Source: a virus
Lineage: Duplodnaviria > Caudoviricetes
Virus record (IMG/VR): IMGVR_UViG_3300049893_000864
Coordinates: 1 to 54,417 of that record
DNA length: 54,417 bases
Strand: one strand, 5' to 3'
Both the position numbers and the translations under genes were made by a program. Numbering within the stretch: the stretch's first letter is position 1; the number at the start of each line of letters is the position of its first letter. Of the stretch, positions 1-10,307 are shown piece after piece. The notes beneath the pieces were generated by a model that searched no databases, was not told the origin of the DNA, and was given only the letters and a program-made list of their open reading frames with translations.

Positions 1-295
1 CGGGCACTCCCCATGCACCATCGCCGCCAACGCCCCCAGCACCAGCAACCACTGATGTACCATCAATGTAAACATGGACAATACTACCAGCAACAAAACT
101 ACCAATCAACAATGCAGGATTATTTGCATTTGAAGAATGAACCACAGTGTTAAGTATACTTAAGAATACCTCTACTGGATAAGCCGGTGATCCACATTGA
201 GAATAAAGATCATATTGATCTAATGTTGTATTTGACAAACTCAAATATCTCACCGGATGGTGAATTGTTTGAATTTGATGTTGTGGAAAAGGCAT
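1..295 (-). CDS. Partial (3' end outside window) glycine-rich tail-fibre adhesin, gp38-like
   Basis: Manually translated open frame from ATG at 295: MPFPQHQ...PALLIGSFVAGSIVHVYIDGTSVVAGAGGVGGDGAWG. This resembles the start of Gly-rich receptor-binding adhesins; it lies directly downstream of a fibre gene. Confidence 0.55.
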   Translation of the reverse strand, partial: MPFPQHQIQTIHHPVRYLSLSNTTLDQYDLYSQCGSPAYPVEVFLSILNTVVHSSNANNPALLIGSFVAGSIVHVYIDGTSVVAGAGGVGGDGAWGVP

Positions 296-312
296 AATTA
301 GTTTTCAGTTCA

Positions 313-1782
313 TTAGGTTAAATTGGTTCCAGAAATAACCCATTCAGATGTTCCTGCTCCGGTGGCTACTTTTACGGCAGTAGCAATACCATATGCAGTC
401 AATGTTCTTGATCCAGATGTAGCAGGAACACCAGCTAGATACATAGGATCATTACATGCAATTGTAAGTATACCTGCACCACGTTGATTGATAAAAGTTA
501 TCGCAGTTCCAAGGTCATAAGCAACAGATGAATGAGCCGGAATTGTAAAGGTGCGAGCAGTTGTATCTGATGTTGGATGAAGAATAATCTTACCAGCATC
601 AGATGCAACTAGAGTATATGCAGTTGATTGAGAGTTCAAACTCATAGAAGCTGCACCACTATATCCAGATGATCCAGATGATCCAGAGAATCCACTATAT
701 CCAGAAATTCCACTCCAACCGCTAATGCCTGAGAATCCAGAGTAACCAGATTTACCAGAGAATCCAGAATATCCACTGATACCAGAGAATCCAGAGTAAC
801 CAGAGACACTACTGAATCCGCTGATGCCTGAATAACCAGACACACCACTCCAACCGCTAATGCCTGAGAATCCAGAGTAACCAGAAGCACCTGCACCAGA
901 AAATCCAGAGTAACCAGAAATACCTGACCCACTGAATCCACTGTAGCCAGAAATGCCACTCCATCCAGAGATTCCGCTAAATCCCGAATAACCACTAACA
1001 CCAGAATAACCAGATGCGGCAGCGGCACCGGGTAGACCACTAAAACCAGAGAATCCTGAGATACCTGAACCAGAGAATCCTGAGATACCTGAACCAGAGA
1101 ATCCTGAGATACCACTGAATCCAGAAATACCAGAGTAACCAGAAATACCACTCCAACCAGAGAATCCAGAAATACCAGAGTAACCAGAAATACCAGAGAA
1201 TCCAGAGATTCCACTGAATCCAGAGATTCCACTGAATCCAGAATATCCAGATTGTCCAGCAAAAGTGATTGAAAACCAAACATAAGTTGGATCAGCAAAT
1301 GGATTGTTTCCAGAATAATCTATTACTGTTCCAAACCCTATAGTTGTTAACGAATCAACAACTGTTATTGATGTAATTGGAAATAATAGGAAAGATTCAA
1401 CGTCCCAAATCTTGTAAATCTTAATCCAACCATAAACAGGACCACCATTAGCTATTAATGAATTCTTAAAGGCTGTATTGAGACTTCCGCCATATAATGA
1501 ATCAATATTGGCTTGAATACCAGTCCAATCTTTTTGATTTCCACCACCAACACCAACAAAAACTCCTGTTACATTATATCCCTGTATTGTATCAAACTCA
1601 TACTTGAAATCAAATGTACCACCAGAAGGTACTTTTGAAATTACTTCATTAACTGCGCCAACTAAACTAGATGTAACTGCTCCTGAAAGAGATGCAGGGT
1701 CTCCCACATTAGAAGAAATGTCATTTGTTTTAGTGCGCCATACCTCAAAGGTATCGCTACGAGCGACTGTTGGTTGAGTCAT
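313..1782 (-). CDS. Virion fibre/whisker protein with a long (Ser-Gly-aromatic) collagen-like repeat
   Basis: N-terminus VARSDTFEVWRTKTNDIS...SLVGAVNEV is typical of T4-like fibre anchors; about 200 aa of SGY/SGF/SGI repeats; C-terminal beta domain (YTLVASDAGKII...WVISG). Confidence 0.75.
   Translation of the reverse strand: MTQPTVARSDTFEVWRTKTNDISSNVGDPASLSGAVTSSLVGAVNEVISKVPSGGTFDFKYEFDTIQGYNVTGVFVGVGGGNQKDWTGIQANIDSLYGGSLNTAFKNSLIANGGPVYGWIKIYKIWDVESFLLFPITSITVVDSLTTIGFGTVIDYSGNNPFADPTYVWFSITFAGQSGYSGFSGISGFSGISGFSGISGYSGISGFSGWSGISGYSGISGFSGISGFSGSGISGFSGSGISGFSGFSGLPGAAAASGYSGVSGYSGFSGISGWSGISGYSGFSGSGISGYSGFSGAGASGYSGFSGISGWSGVSGYSGISGFSSVSGYSGFSGISGYSGFSGKSGYSGFSGISGWSGISGYSGFSGSSGSSGYSGAASMSLNSQSTAYTLVASDAGKIILHPTSDTTARTFTIPAHSSVAYDLGTAITFINQRGAGILTIACNDPMYLAGVPATSGSRTLTAYGIATAVKVATGAGTSEWVISGTNLT
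655..1256 (-). repeat. Low-complexity 9-bp-period coding repeat (Ser-Gly-X)n
   Basis: ccagagaatccagagtaa-type 9-mers repeated dozens of times; Gly at every third residue. Confidence 0.95.
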
Positions 1783-1783
1783 G

Positions 1784-1999
1784 TTAAACCTTTAGCTTTT
1801 GGTTAGTTACCAATAGATTATTTATGCGGTCCATCCACACTTGCAACTCTTTAACTTGAGTTTCAAGTTGTTGAATTCGTTGATCCTTAGTTTCAATAGA
1901 CCGTTTATGTTTTCTATACGCACGTAGTCCATCAGGATCAACATGATGGACTACATTACCATTCTTCTTCCAAGTAGGATAATCTTTTACAGGTTGCAT
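1784..1999 (-). CDS. Small coiled-coil hypothetical protein in the baseplate operon
   Basis: 71 aa; overlaps the stop of the upstream gene; typical position after the VrlC-like gene. Confidence 0.7.
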   Translation of the reverse strand: MQPVKDYPTWKKNGNVVHHVDPDGLRAYRKHKRSIETKDQRIQQLETQVKELQVWMDRINNLLVTNQKLKV

Positions 2000-4900
2000 T
2001 ACGCTAGAGCCATAATTCTGAGATTCTTGATACGAGGAACTGCTGCTTCATTACTTGATCTCATTACAATCTTGATTTGTACTTGATTGAATGATGTGAT
2101 ATTATCAGCAACAAAACGTTCTTCAACAAATGTTACATTGTTTTGGCTTGCCGTCATTGTTGGTGATGCTGTCATTGCAGTCCAAGGAACATCATTCAAT
2201 GAACGGAAGTCATTAGTTGATAGTGTTCTATAGAATACAGTCATTGTTGCAACATCAAAGATGTTAACATCAGCCAAAATATGAAGCGATGATGCTGCTT
2301 CTTCAAGGGTCATTGGAGTTGTAATATATTCAGCTAATGAAGAACTTCCAAACGGTGCATTATCACTCTTATGATTTGTAAGTACGAGAATATCAACTTC
2401 ATCTTGATAGGAAGAAATAATTGCTCCACTTGCACTTACATGGAAGCGATACAATGTAGTACCAATGAATTCCATTTCAGTCACTTCACATACCAAAGTA
2501 TCATTATCACCACCAACATCATCAACTCTAAATGACATACCGACCTTGAGTTTTGCCCAAAGTTCGCTTAACTTGTCATTTGTTGTATTGGTTCCCCATG
2601 AAGTATCACCTTCAATATATCCAACCGTTGGATCGGTTGTTGATGGTACAAAATTGAGAGTAACCGCCGCAGTGTTAGAATAGTCAAATACTGATTCTTC
2701 TGCCACATTAAGAACTGGATCATTAATGATATTACGAACTGCGATCAATGATGCACGATCCTTATCAAACACTGGAGAAATATGACTGTTTGTAGAAGTC
2801 ATAGTCAATTCAACAATCATCGTCTTTCCATTGTTTTGGAAATCTGATGTGATTTGTTGAGGCTTCGTGAAGTCTACATTTTCCTTGTTAACTACAACAA
2901 ATTCATCACTCAATAGTTGAGTATCTGGATCAAATGTTTTCATTGACAAGGTATAGTCAGTATTCTCAAACAATGCAATATCAAAGTTAGGAACAATAGT
3001 TGAGAACAACATTTGGTTACTTGCTTGAACAGAAGAACCACCAAATCTATGTTGAACATCAGTTAAACCAGTTGTTGCGACTTCAACACCTTCACCATTA
3101 TCATCTTTCATTACAAACTCAAAATAAGAAGGCGTTGCTTTTGTAACATCGTATGTGCCACTCAAATATGTACCGCTCAAATATGTACCCAATGCTCCAC
3201 CAACAAAGAATCCCGGATCATCAAAAAGAATACGTGCTTTATCACCAACAACATATCCATTGTTAGGATACAATACTCTAATCGTACTTGATCCATTTAC
3301 TGCAATCATTGGATTTTCAACAAGACCATCATCAGGTAGGTCTGGATTTACGAATGATACCTTACCAGCCGTATTTACAACGAAATCGGCTCTTTCAAGT
3401 TCAAAGGTCAAATCTTCATATTGAGATGGTTCCCAAACACTTCCATTTTGAGATTTGAACAATGATCCAATCGTAGTAATATCTGGTTGAACAGTCAGCA
3501 ATTCGGTTGTGCCTTGTTTTTGTTCACCCATTCTGGCTACGAATACCTTGTATACAACTGAATCTGGTGCCATAACTACAAGAGCATAATCCTTACCCGG
3601 TTCTAGGTATACCAATGAATCAAATGTAAACCTAGTATAGAATCCAATATTGAAAGTAGAACGTTGTGTGACATCATCTGAGAATAATGTCTTCGTTGCC
3701 AATACTTTTGTTGCATCTGGATAACCATTAACTGTTGGACGCAATTCAACTGTTAGATTCTTGCCTGCTTCAACTGCTGATACCCAAATTTTAGCGGCAG
3801 ATACAAATACTCCTTGAGGATATGCAGATTTTGATACAGTGAATGTTTGAGCCAATGGATCATGCCGTCCTGAAACTTGGACTTGATCTGTAACTTCTCT
3901 TGTACTAATAACTGAAATTTTCTTCTCTACAGTAGTAGTATTGATAGCTTGAACTGTACCAGCAGCATAATAGTTTGCATTAGCTTTAGAAGTTGCAGTA
4001 TCGTATTTTTCACCAGACTTACAGAATCGAATATCGACAAATCCAGTAGGGAATTTCAAGTCATCACTATATGGGAACCAAAATAGTCCGGCAGTATTTC
4101 CAAGAGTATCAGTCATAGGACCGGCAGAATAAACACTACCTGTTGCAAATGTAGCGATAAAAGTTCCAGCAAGAGAATCATTGATAATATCAATACCATG
4201 AACACCAAGACTAATTGTTTGAACGGCTGAATTTGAAGGGTGAACAATGTAAAGACGTACTTTACCATTACCAATACTTACCTTCTTCACAACCAATCCT
4301 AGAATTGCGAGTGTGGTTGAATTTCTTGCAACACTACAACGATCAATAAAGAACCTCTTAGTTTTCGCAAAGTTTTCAAAACAACGGACATCACCTGTTG
4401 CAGTATGAGTTCCAGAATATTCCCAAGGATCATCTATTGTGTGAATAGGAATAGTACCACCATCATCGAGAACATCAACATACATCATTTTATTATGTGC
4501 ATCAAAAAATAGCTTGTTATCAACATACATATCATATCTTGTTCTTGGAGCAAGACCATTTGCAAAGAACAAGATTGGGCGTGTACGAATATACTGAGCA
4601 ACCTTTAGGGATGAAACACTCTCTGTTACTGTAGATGTAATAGTATCGTTTTTTGATACATACTTTTGAGTACCATTTGCTTGTCCAGTTAGAACAATAT
4701 TGTAAGAACCACGTAAACCAGACTCACCAAGAGTTTGGTTCCAGAATTGATAGGTAGCAAAGTTGTTGTAAATGAAGTCCCATGCAGTACCGGCAGTCCA
4801 TCTTAATCCAACAGGATTAATTCCTCCAGTAAATACCTCTGGATGTTGTTTCCATACTTCTGTTAGATTTTGAGCCATTCCACCACCGAGAACACCACTA

Positions 4901-7900
4901 GAAACACTTCCTAGTTGTGATCCCCATTGACCCAATCCAGTAGCAGTCCACGACCATTTCCATTGATTCCATGTAGTTGAAACAATAGTTCCAACTTCAC
5001 CAATGTATGCAGAATAATCGACAATACTCTTGGTTGAGTTGGTGCCAGTTTCAATCCATGTATCACTGTTTGGGAAAAGTTTCAATTTGCCTTCAAAAGT
5101 GATGACAGAATATGGGTTTACTGGTTCATCGTGTGTAGCTACAATTTGCGAAATAAATGGGGTTGTGGTATAATTAAGAGTGACCCTTCCATTCTTATCA
5201 ATCTTGTAGTTGTTGTTCAGACGTTGAATATCAGTCTGCAAGAATTCTTTCAAGTTCAAATGATCTTGAACGAATAATGGACGAAGTTCACCGGCAACCG
5301 GATCAATAGTTGATGAGAAGTCTGGATGACTTGTAGATGATACAGAATAGTCTTTGAATGAATCAACCATAATACCCAATTTGAAACGATCAAGACCATT
5401 TTCGTCAATGACACGTTCATCAATTGCTTTCTTTTCAAGCAATGAAAGTTGGATGTAATATTCTACACTCTTCAAACGACGATCAAGCTTGCTAATATCC
5501 TCCATTGTATAGCGTTGATGAGGAATCTTAGTAATAGCATGACTTTGAGGATCAACATATCCCGGCATAACTGCAACATCAGCCAATGCCATACTATCAT
5601 TCGGAACAACTGGGAATGGAAGATTAAAGCTTGGTGTACCTTGAACAACATCAAAATTGTTGTTGTTATGGGTCAAATGAACAATATCCCGGCGAGGTTC
5701 AAAGTAAGAATAGTTGAATTGAACTGAGTTGTTGAACAACATTGGTTCAGTCAAGTCTGCACCGTATGCTGGATCAAATCCACCATTGGTATCAACACTA
5801 GGTCTGAAGTCAAAGCTATCCCTTAATAGTGGAGATATTCTTGTAGGATCAACCCCAATATATGAATCTACGCTAAAGTAGTCACCCGGACTATGTTTGA
5901 AATATGAAAAGACAATACGAATGGTGTTGTTAGGTACTGTTTTTAGTCTCTTGATAAAGGCCAAATCATACTTCGTAGCACCTTGACCGTTGTTCAAGAT
6001 GAAGTCATTGGTGATGTCGATCCATGTTCCATTTTCATCAAAAACATCATAATTTTGACCAGTCAGAGTTCCCGGACCATCTTGTTTATAGACACGAATC
6101 AATTCGAAAACGTCTGGATAACCCAATGAATATTCTTGTCTTAACAAAGTATCAATATTACGAATATCGACATAGGTAGCAGTTAAGGTCTTTGTTTTCT
6201 CACGAGCCGCCGAATCTGTTTTTATAACCACAGCATTCATTGATACATCTGTAATGTCTGTAAATGGTAGAGTCAAAACAAATTCACCAGCAGCATCTGC
6301 TGCGGCAGCAGATGCAGGATTTTTAGTAATGTCCTCAAGTTGAATAGTTTTACCACCATTAGTAATGGTTAACGTATATTCGGTTGGCTTCAAAATCCAC
6401 CAAGGATCAAGGTTGTCATATCTTACAGCAACCAAAAAGCTTGATTGATTAGATGGATTGTCAAATACTTCACCAATTGCAGTTAATGTCAATTGGTTAG
6501 TATCAACACCAGTTGGAGTGAAAAGAAGTTTGCGTTGTACTGCATAAGACATTGTTTGAGAAACATCACCTTCATCACGAATGTTTCTGACAAATGAACG
6601 TGGCAATCTTTGCAGCAATGCGTCTGATGCTACAAAATTGTTGTATACAGCATATACCTTTTTACCTGTTACATCAGCACCAAATGCCTCTACAACTTCC
6701 ATTGATACATTGCTGTACGTATTATACGCTACTGTCTTTTTGAATTGAGTATCTTGACCAACAATAATAGTTTGACCATGCTGGAGTGCTTCTAGGAAGT
6801 TTGTTCCAATACCAGCAATGGTATTAGGTGCTTCAGAGAAATCAACATTAACAAGACCGGGTAATTCAACTACAGTAGTTGTAACATCACCACTAAACAT
6901 ATGATTACCAGATGGGGCATATCTCAATGAGCGAGCATGGGCTTCCCATGTCCAACCTCTATATAGGTTGACATCGAATACTTCTGTACGGTAAGAAGCT
7001 TCTGGTGTACCAAAAGCACCACGAGGATCATCAAATTTATACGCAATGTTTCGGATTCTGCAAGTACCAATCACAACAGGATCGGCAGAAGGAGCAGCAA
7101 TCGTTAATGATCCATTAGAATATCCAGTACCACCAGAAATTATTTTGATTTCTTGAATTTGAGTAGATTGATTAACAACAGCAACAAATTGTGCGCCAGT
7201 ACCACCAGAGGCAGTAATAGTAGGCGGATTATTTGGATCATACCCTTTACCAAAAGCAGTAATGGTAATTGATGTAATTACACCAGTATTAACGGTATAT
7301 GTAGCAGTTGCAGTATTACCCGATGGGTCCCAAGTTGAATTATCAAAAGAATCCCATAACATAACATCAATGACTAGGTTTTCTGAAACGTTTGGAATAC
7401 CACGAACATTATCCAGTTCAACATATGAACCGGCTTCATAATACATAGCTTCATTCTTATGATCGAATGTTAATGCTTTGTCAGTAACAACATCGGTAGA
7501 TGATAGTCTTTCAACTTCATATCCCTTAACATATGCCTTACCTTTAGACACATTGTAGACCATCTTTTTGGCATTATTGCGATCATCTTCAATCAAGGTT
7601 TGTTCATCAACATTAGTACCAGTGTTAAAGTGAGACTTACCTGCCAATATCCATTTCGTTGATCCATCATTATATTCAAAGACAACCAATGGTGTTATAA
7701 CAGGAGCAGTTCCACCGGAAATACCATCCTTGGTACAAACAAATAGATGTTCGACATCATCTGCATCTTGTAATGTAACATAGTCACCGACTAAGAATGA
7801 TTTGTTTGCGACCCATGTTCTATTATTAGAACGATATTCTTTGGCTGTTACATTAAATGGTGTGATTTCATAGTCACCAGATTCATCATATGTACGTTGA

Positions 7901-8778
7901 GCAATCATTTTCATGATTTCAGCGTACTGAGTCTTGTTGTTTTGATAGATGATATTACCGTCCTTGATTTGCATCAAGTCGATAAATGACTCTAGGTTTG
8001 CAGTATTGTAATCGCTAGTTCCAAGAACACGTTGTTCTAAGAGAAGTTCAATCTTGAAACGATGTGCGCCGGGCGCACCATAATTTGGACTGCCAAGAGC
8101 ATTATCATATAAGGTATCATCATCATTTTCGGTAATAATACTCTTGACAATATTCAAACCAACTCTTGTTGTTGGAGTATTGCTGTACTTACTAACAATC
8201 AATGATTGTGTATTGACGGTCGCAAAAATTCCATCGGTGAAGAATAATCCATTACCAATATACACAGAAGCAGCCGGACCTTCATGTATCACTACATTAT
8301 CAGAACTGATAGTTTTGAATGTTGATACGTTATTAATTTCAAGGAGCGAATTTGCTGCAATAACCATATCACCATCATCATTGGCAGAAGTATACTTAAT
8401 GAAAATGGTTGGAGGATCAGCTTCTGTACTTGCTGCATATGATACAATGATAGCCTTACAATTATCTTCATCAACAATTTCTTGACCAATGATAGAATCA
8501 GTCAACAAACTATCTGTCAATGTATTGTTCTGATTAACATCGGTAAGTTTAACGTATCGAAGGGTATTGTCAAAGTAGACATTACCCGGAATGACCATTG
8601 AACCATCTTTGAAAAGATGACGACCTACTCTTGAAACTTGTTCCTGAAGGATAGTTTGAAGTTGGTTAAGTTCTCTTACTTGAACTGGTCTGCCGGGTGT
8701 AAAGAGTACCTTGTAGAAGTCCTTAGATGAATCATAATCATCGAAATAAGGCGCTACATTGAAATTGTTTGTTGTCAT
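1999..8778 (-). CDS. Giant virion structural protein (VrlC-like / DUF4815 family)
   Basis: 2259 aa; N-terminal NFNVAPYFDDYD...KVLFTPGRPVQVRELNQLQTILQ; YIRTR and DPLAQTF motifs; C-terminal VPRIKNLRIMALA. Confidence 0.85.
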   Translation of the reverse strand: MTTNNFNVAPYFDDYDSSKDFYKVLFTPGRPVQVRELNQLQTILQEQVSRVGRHLFKDGSMVIPGNVYFDNTLRYVKLTDVNQNNTLTDSLLTDSIIGQEIVDEDNCKAIIVSYAASTEADPPTIFIKYTSANDDGDMVIAANSLLEINNVSTFKTISSDNVVIHEGPAASVYIGNGLFFTDGIFATVNTQSLIVSKYSNTPTTRVGLNIVKSIITENDDDTLYDNALGSPNYGAPGAHRFKIELLLEQRVLGTSDYNTANLESFIDLMQIKDGNIIYQNNKTQYAEIMKMIAQRTYDESGDYEITPFNVTAKEYRSNNRTWVANKSFLVGDYVTLQDADDVEHLFVCTKDGISGGTAPVITPLVVFEYNDGSTKWILAGKSHFNTGTNVDEQTLIEDDRNNAKKMVYNVSKGKAYVKGYEVERLSSTDVVTDKALTFDHKNEAMYYEAGSYVELDNVRGIPNVSENLVIDVMLWDSFDNSTWDPSGNTATATYTVNTGVITSITITAFGKGYDPNNPPTITASGGTGAQFVAVVNQSTQIQEIKIISGGTGYSNGSLTIAAPSADPVVIGTCRIRNIAYKFDDPRGAFGTPEASYRTEVFDVNLYRGWTWEAHARSLRYAPSGNHMFSGDVTTTVVELPGLVNVDFSEAPNTIAGIGTNFLEALQHGQTIIVGQDTQFKKTVAYNTYSNVSMEVVEAFGADVTGKKVYAVYNNFVASDALLQRLPRSFVRNIRDEGDVSQTMSYAVQRKLLFTPTGVDTNQLTLTAIGEVFDNPSNQSSFLVAVRYDNLDPWWILKPTEYTLTITNGGKTIQLEDITKNPASAAAADAAGEFVLTLPFTDITDVSMNAVVIKTDSAAREKTKTLTATYVDIRNIDTLLRQEYSLGYPDVFELIRVYKQDGPGTLTGQNYDVFDENGTWIDITNDFILNNGQGATKYDLAFIKRLKTVPNNTIRIVFSYFKHSPGDYFSVDSYIGVDPTRISPLLRDSFDFRPSVDTNGGFDPAYGADLTEPMLFNNSVQFNYSYFEPRRDIVHLTHNNNNFDVVQGTPSFNLPFPVVPNDSMALADVAVMPGYVDPQSHAITKIPHQRYTMEDISKLDRRLKSVEYYIQLSLLEKKAIDERVIDENGLDRFKLGIMVDSFKDYSVSSTSHPDFSSTIDPVAGELRPLFVQDHLNLKEFLQTDIQRLNNNYKIDKNGRVTLNYTTTPFISQIVATHDEPVNPYSVITFEGKLKLFPNSDTWIETGTNSTKSIVDYSAYIGEVGTIVSTTWNQWKWSWTATGLGQWGSQLGSVSSGVLGGGMAQNLTEVWKQHPEVFTGGINPVGLRWTAGTAWDFIYNNFATYQFWNQTLGESGLRGSYNIVLTGQANGTQKYVSKNDTITSTVTESVSSLKVAQYIRTRPILFFANGLAPRTRYDMYVDNKLFFDAHNKMMYVDVLDDGGTIPIHTIDDPWEYSGTHTATGDVRCFENFAKTKRFFIDRCSVARNSTTLAILGLVVKKVSIGNGKVRLYIVHPSNSAVQTISLGVHGIDIINDSLAGTFIATFATGSVYSAGPMTDTLGNTAGLFWFPYSDDLKFPTGFVDIRFCKSGEKYDTATSKANANYYAAGTVQAINTTTVEKKISVISTREVTDQVQVSGRHDPLAQTFTVSKSAYPQGVFVSAAKIWVSAVEAGKNLTVELRPTVNGYPDATKVLATKTLFSDDVTQRSTFNIGFYTRFTFDSLVYLEPGKDYALVVMAPDSVVYKVFVARMGEQKQGTTELLTVQPDITTIGSLFKSQNGSVWEPSQYEDLTFELERADFVVNTAGKVSFVNPDLPDDGLVENPMIAVNGSSTIRVLYPNNGYVVGDKARILFDDPGFFVGGALGTYLSGTYLSGTYDVTKATPSYFEFVMKDDNGEGVEVATTGLTDVQHRFGGSSVQASNQMLFSTIVPNFDIALFENTDYTLSMKTFDPDTQLLSDEFVVVNKENVDFTKPQQITSDFQNNGKTMIVELTMTSTNSHISPVFDKDRASLIAVRNIINDPVLNVAEESVFDYSNTAAVTLNFVPSTTDPTVGYIEGDTSWGTNTTNDKLSELWAKLKVGMSFRVDDVGGDNDTLVCEVTEMEFIGTTLYRFHVSASGAIISSYQDEVDILVLTNHKSDNAPFGSSSLAEYITTPMTLEEAASSLHILADVNIFDVATMTVFYRTLSTNDFRSLNDVPWTAMTASPTMTASQNNVTFVEERFVADNITSFNQVQIKIVMRSSNEAAVPRIKNLRIMALA

Positions 8779-8802
8779 ATACTTTCCTAGATTACATCGT
8801 AT

Positions 8803-8810
8803 TATTTATG
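8803..8810 (-). promoter_or_regulatory. T4-type late promoter (CATAAATA)
   Basis: NATAAATA about 25 nt upstream of the giant structural gene; the motif recurs before other late genes. Confidence 0.6.
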
Positions 8811-8811
8811 A

Positions 8812-10278
8812 TCAAAACTCAAATACGATCTTAAGTTCCTCAATTTGCGATTCATTTCTACCAATGGCATGACGATTCTCGAAATAGATGATTTCACCGG
8901 AATTATGTTCTACATCAGGTAGTGTAATTGCGATAATATTAGCAGTATTATTCGTCTCATCACTCAAATTACCTGTACCTGTATGGAAAACTCCAGCACC
9001 ATGATAACTATCACTATTTTCTGTAGCAGTTCTAATCAAACGAACAAAATTACCACCGCTAACGAATTTATCAACCATTATACCAGCAGCATAGACGTTT
9101 ATATCGCCATCAACAGTTGAAATCACTGTGGGTGTAGTATCATGCAAAACAGCATCAACAACAAATGATGAAATTGTACTTACTTCCAATTTTAGTGTTG
9201 GTCGCCCATATGTTGTTGTAAGTGGTAAAGCTGTATTACGTTGTAGTGGATTTACAACAATACCAATCTGGCAATACTGATTCATGATTGGGAAATTACC
9301 ATTTTCATCCTCTGAAAATACCAAATGAACAATTACATTATGACCACACAAATCACGAATAGGATCACTACCTAAACCACCCTTTGGTTGGATGATTGGT
9401 TTACAGATTGCACCAGAACCACCCCCACTGAAGTTTACAGCCGAAACATATGTATATCCTTGACCGGGATCAGCCACATGAATTTGGAGAATCTTACCAC
9501 TACCATCTGTTTTAGCATAACCAATGAAACCAACACCATCACCATTTAAAGTAACGTGTATCTCATTTCCAGCTTGGTCAGGTGGTTGGGTTCTATCTGG
9601 ATTTTTATTTTGCAAATACCCGCTTCCCCCACTATCAATGATAATTGAATTAATCGCACCATCATCACATGCATTTTGGGCACTATATTGATCAACAACA
9701 GCCTGTCCCCCAACATCGTTTTGATAAGTTCTAATAGGTACGTAGTCAAGAGTAGAAAAACTAGATAAATCACTAGCAGTAAACGTAGCAATTCTCTTCC
9801 ATGCATAACCATCATTTGCCCACGCTACATTATATGAATCGTAATCCAAGCTTGGTGAGTTAGGATTAACAGTCGATGGACCATCATTATTATTGATTAG
9901 ACAAACATATACCCAACTGTCCTCATCAACTACATAGAAATTAGCATCAATCAAAGAGTTAATAGTGATGTCATCTCCACCTATATTTTTTCCAACTACA
10001 CCATCACCATAATCATGACGATATGTATTGTAGTAACTACCATCAACCCATATCCGATTCTTGATACCATTTACCATATCACTTGATGCGATCTTTTTCA
10101 TGGCAATCATATTCTGCCAAATGTCAGATGTAGATTGAAGGTTTTCAGTTGGAGAAGGAACTGGTTCCCATTCTATCGGATGACCAATAAAAGCATAGTA
10201 ATAATCATTTCCATTATTTTGGGAAATGAATGAATTTGCATTATGCAAACGAAAGTTGTTAGTTACAATTCCGGCCAC
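8812..10278 (-). CDS. gp8: Baseplate wedge subunit, gp8-like
   Basis: TNNFRLHNANSF, WQNMIAMKKI, FYVV..VYVCL.NN..PSTVNP, DGYAWK, SGEIIYFENR..I.R...QIEELKIVFEF; GTG start. Confidence 0.9.
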   Translation of the reverse strand: MAGIVTNNFRLHNANSFISQNNGNDYYYAFIGHPIEWEPVPSPTENLQSTSDIWQNMIAMKKIASSDMVNGIKNRIWVDGSYYNTYRHDYGDGVVGKNIGGDDITINSLIDANFYVVDEDSWVYVCLINNNDGPSTVNPNSPSLDYDSYNVAWANDGYAWKRIATFTASDLSSFSTLDYVPIRTYQNDVGGQAVVDQYSAQNACDDGAINSIIIDSGGSGYLQNKNPDRTQPPDQAGNEIHVTLNGDGVGFIGYAKTDGSGKILQIHVADPGQGYTYVSAVNFSGGGSGAICKPIIQPKGGLGSDPIRDLCGHNVIVHLVFSEDENGNFPIMNQYCQIGIVVNPLQRNTALPLTTTYGRPTLKLEVSTISSFVVDAVLHDTTPTVISTVDGDINVYAAGIMVDKFVSGGNFVRLIRTATENSDSYHGAGVFHTGTGNLSDETNNTANIIAITLPDVEHNSGEIIYFENRHAIGRNESQIEELKIVFEF

Positions 10279-10299
10279 AATATACTCCTAAGTTTTGTG

Positions 10300-10307
10300 T
10301 ATTTATT
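10300..10307 (-). promoter_or_regulatory. T4-type late promoter (AATAAATA)
   Basis: Motif lies just upstream of gp8. Confidence 0.55.

Noticed and set aside
642-1298. Alternative-frame ORFs (LDSLV / FWIQW repeats), including 1040-1279
   Set aside because: By-products of the stop-free 9-bp Ser-Gly-X repeat; no evidence for a programmed frameshift.
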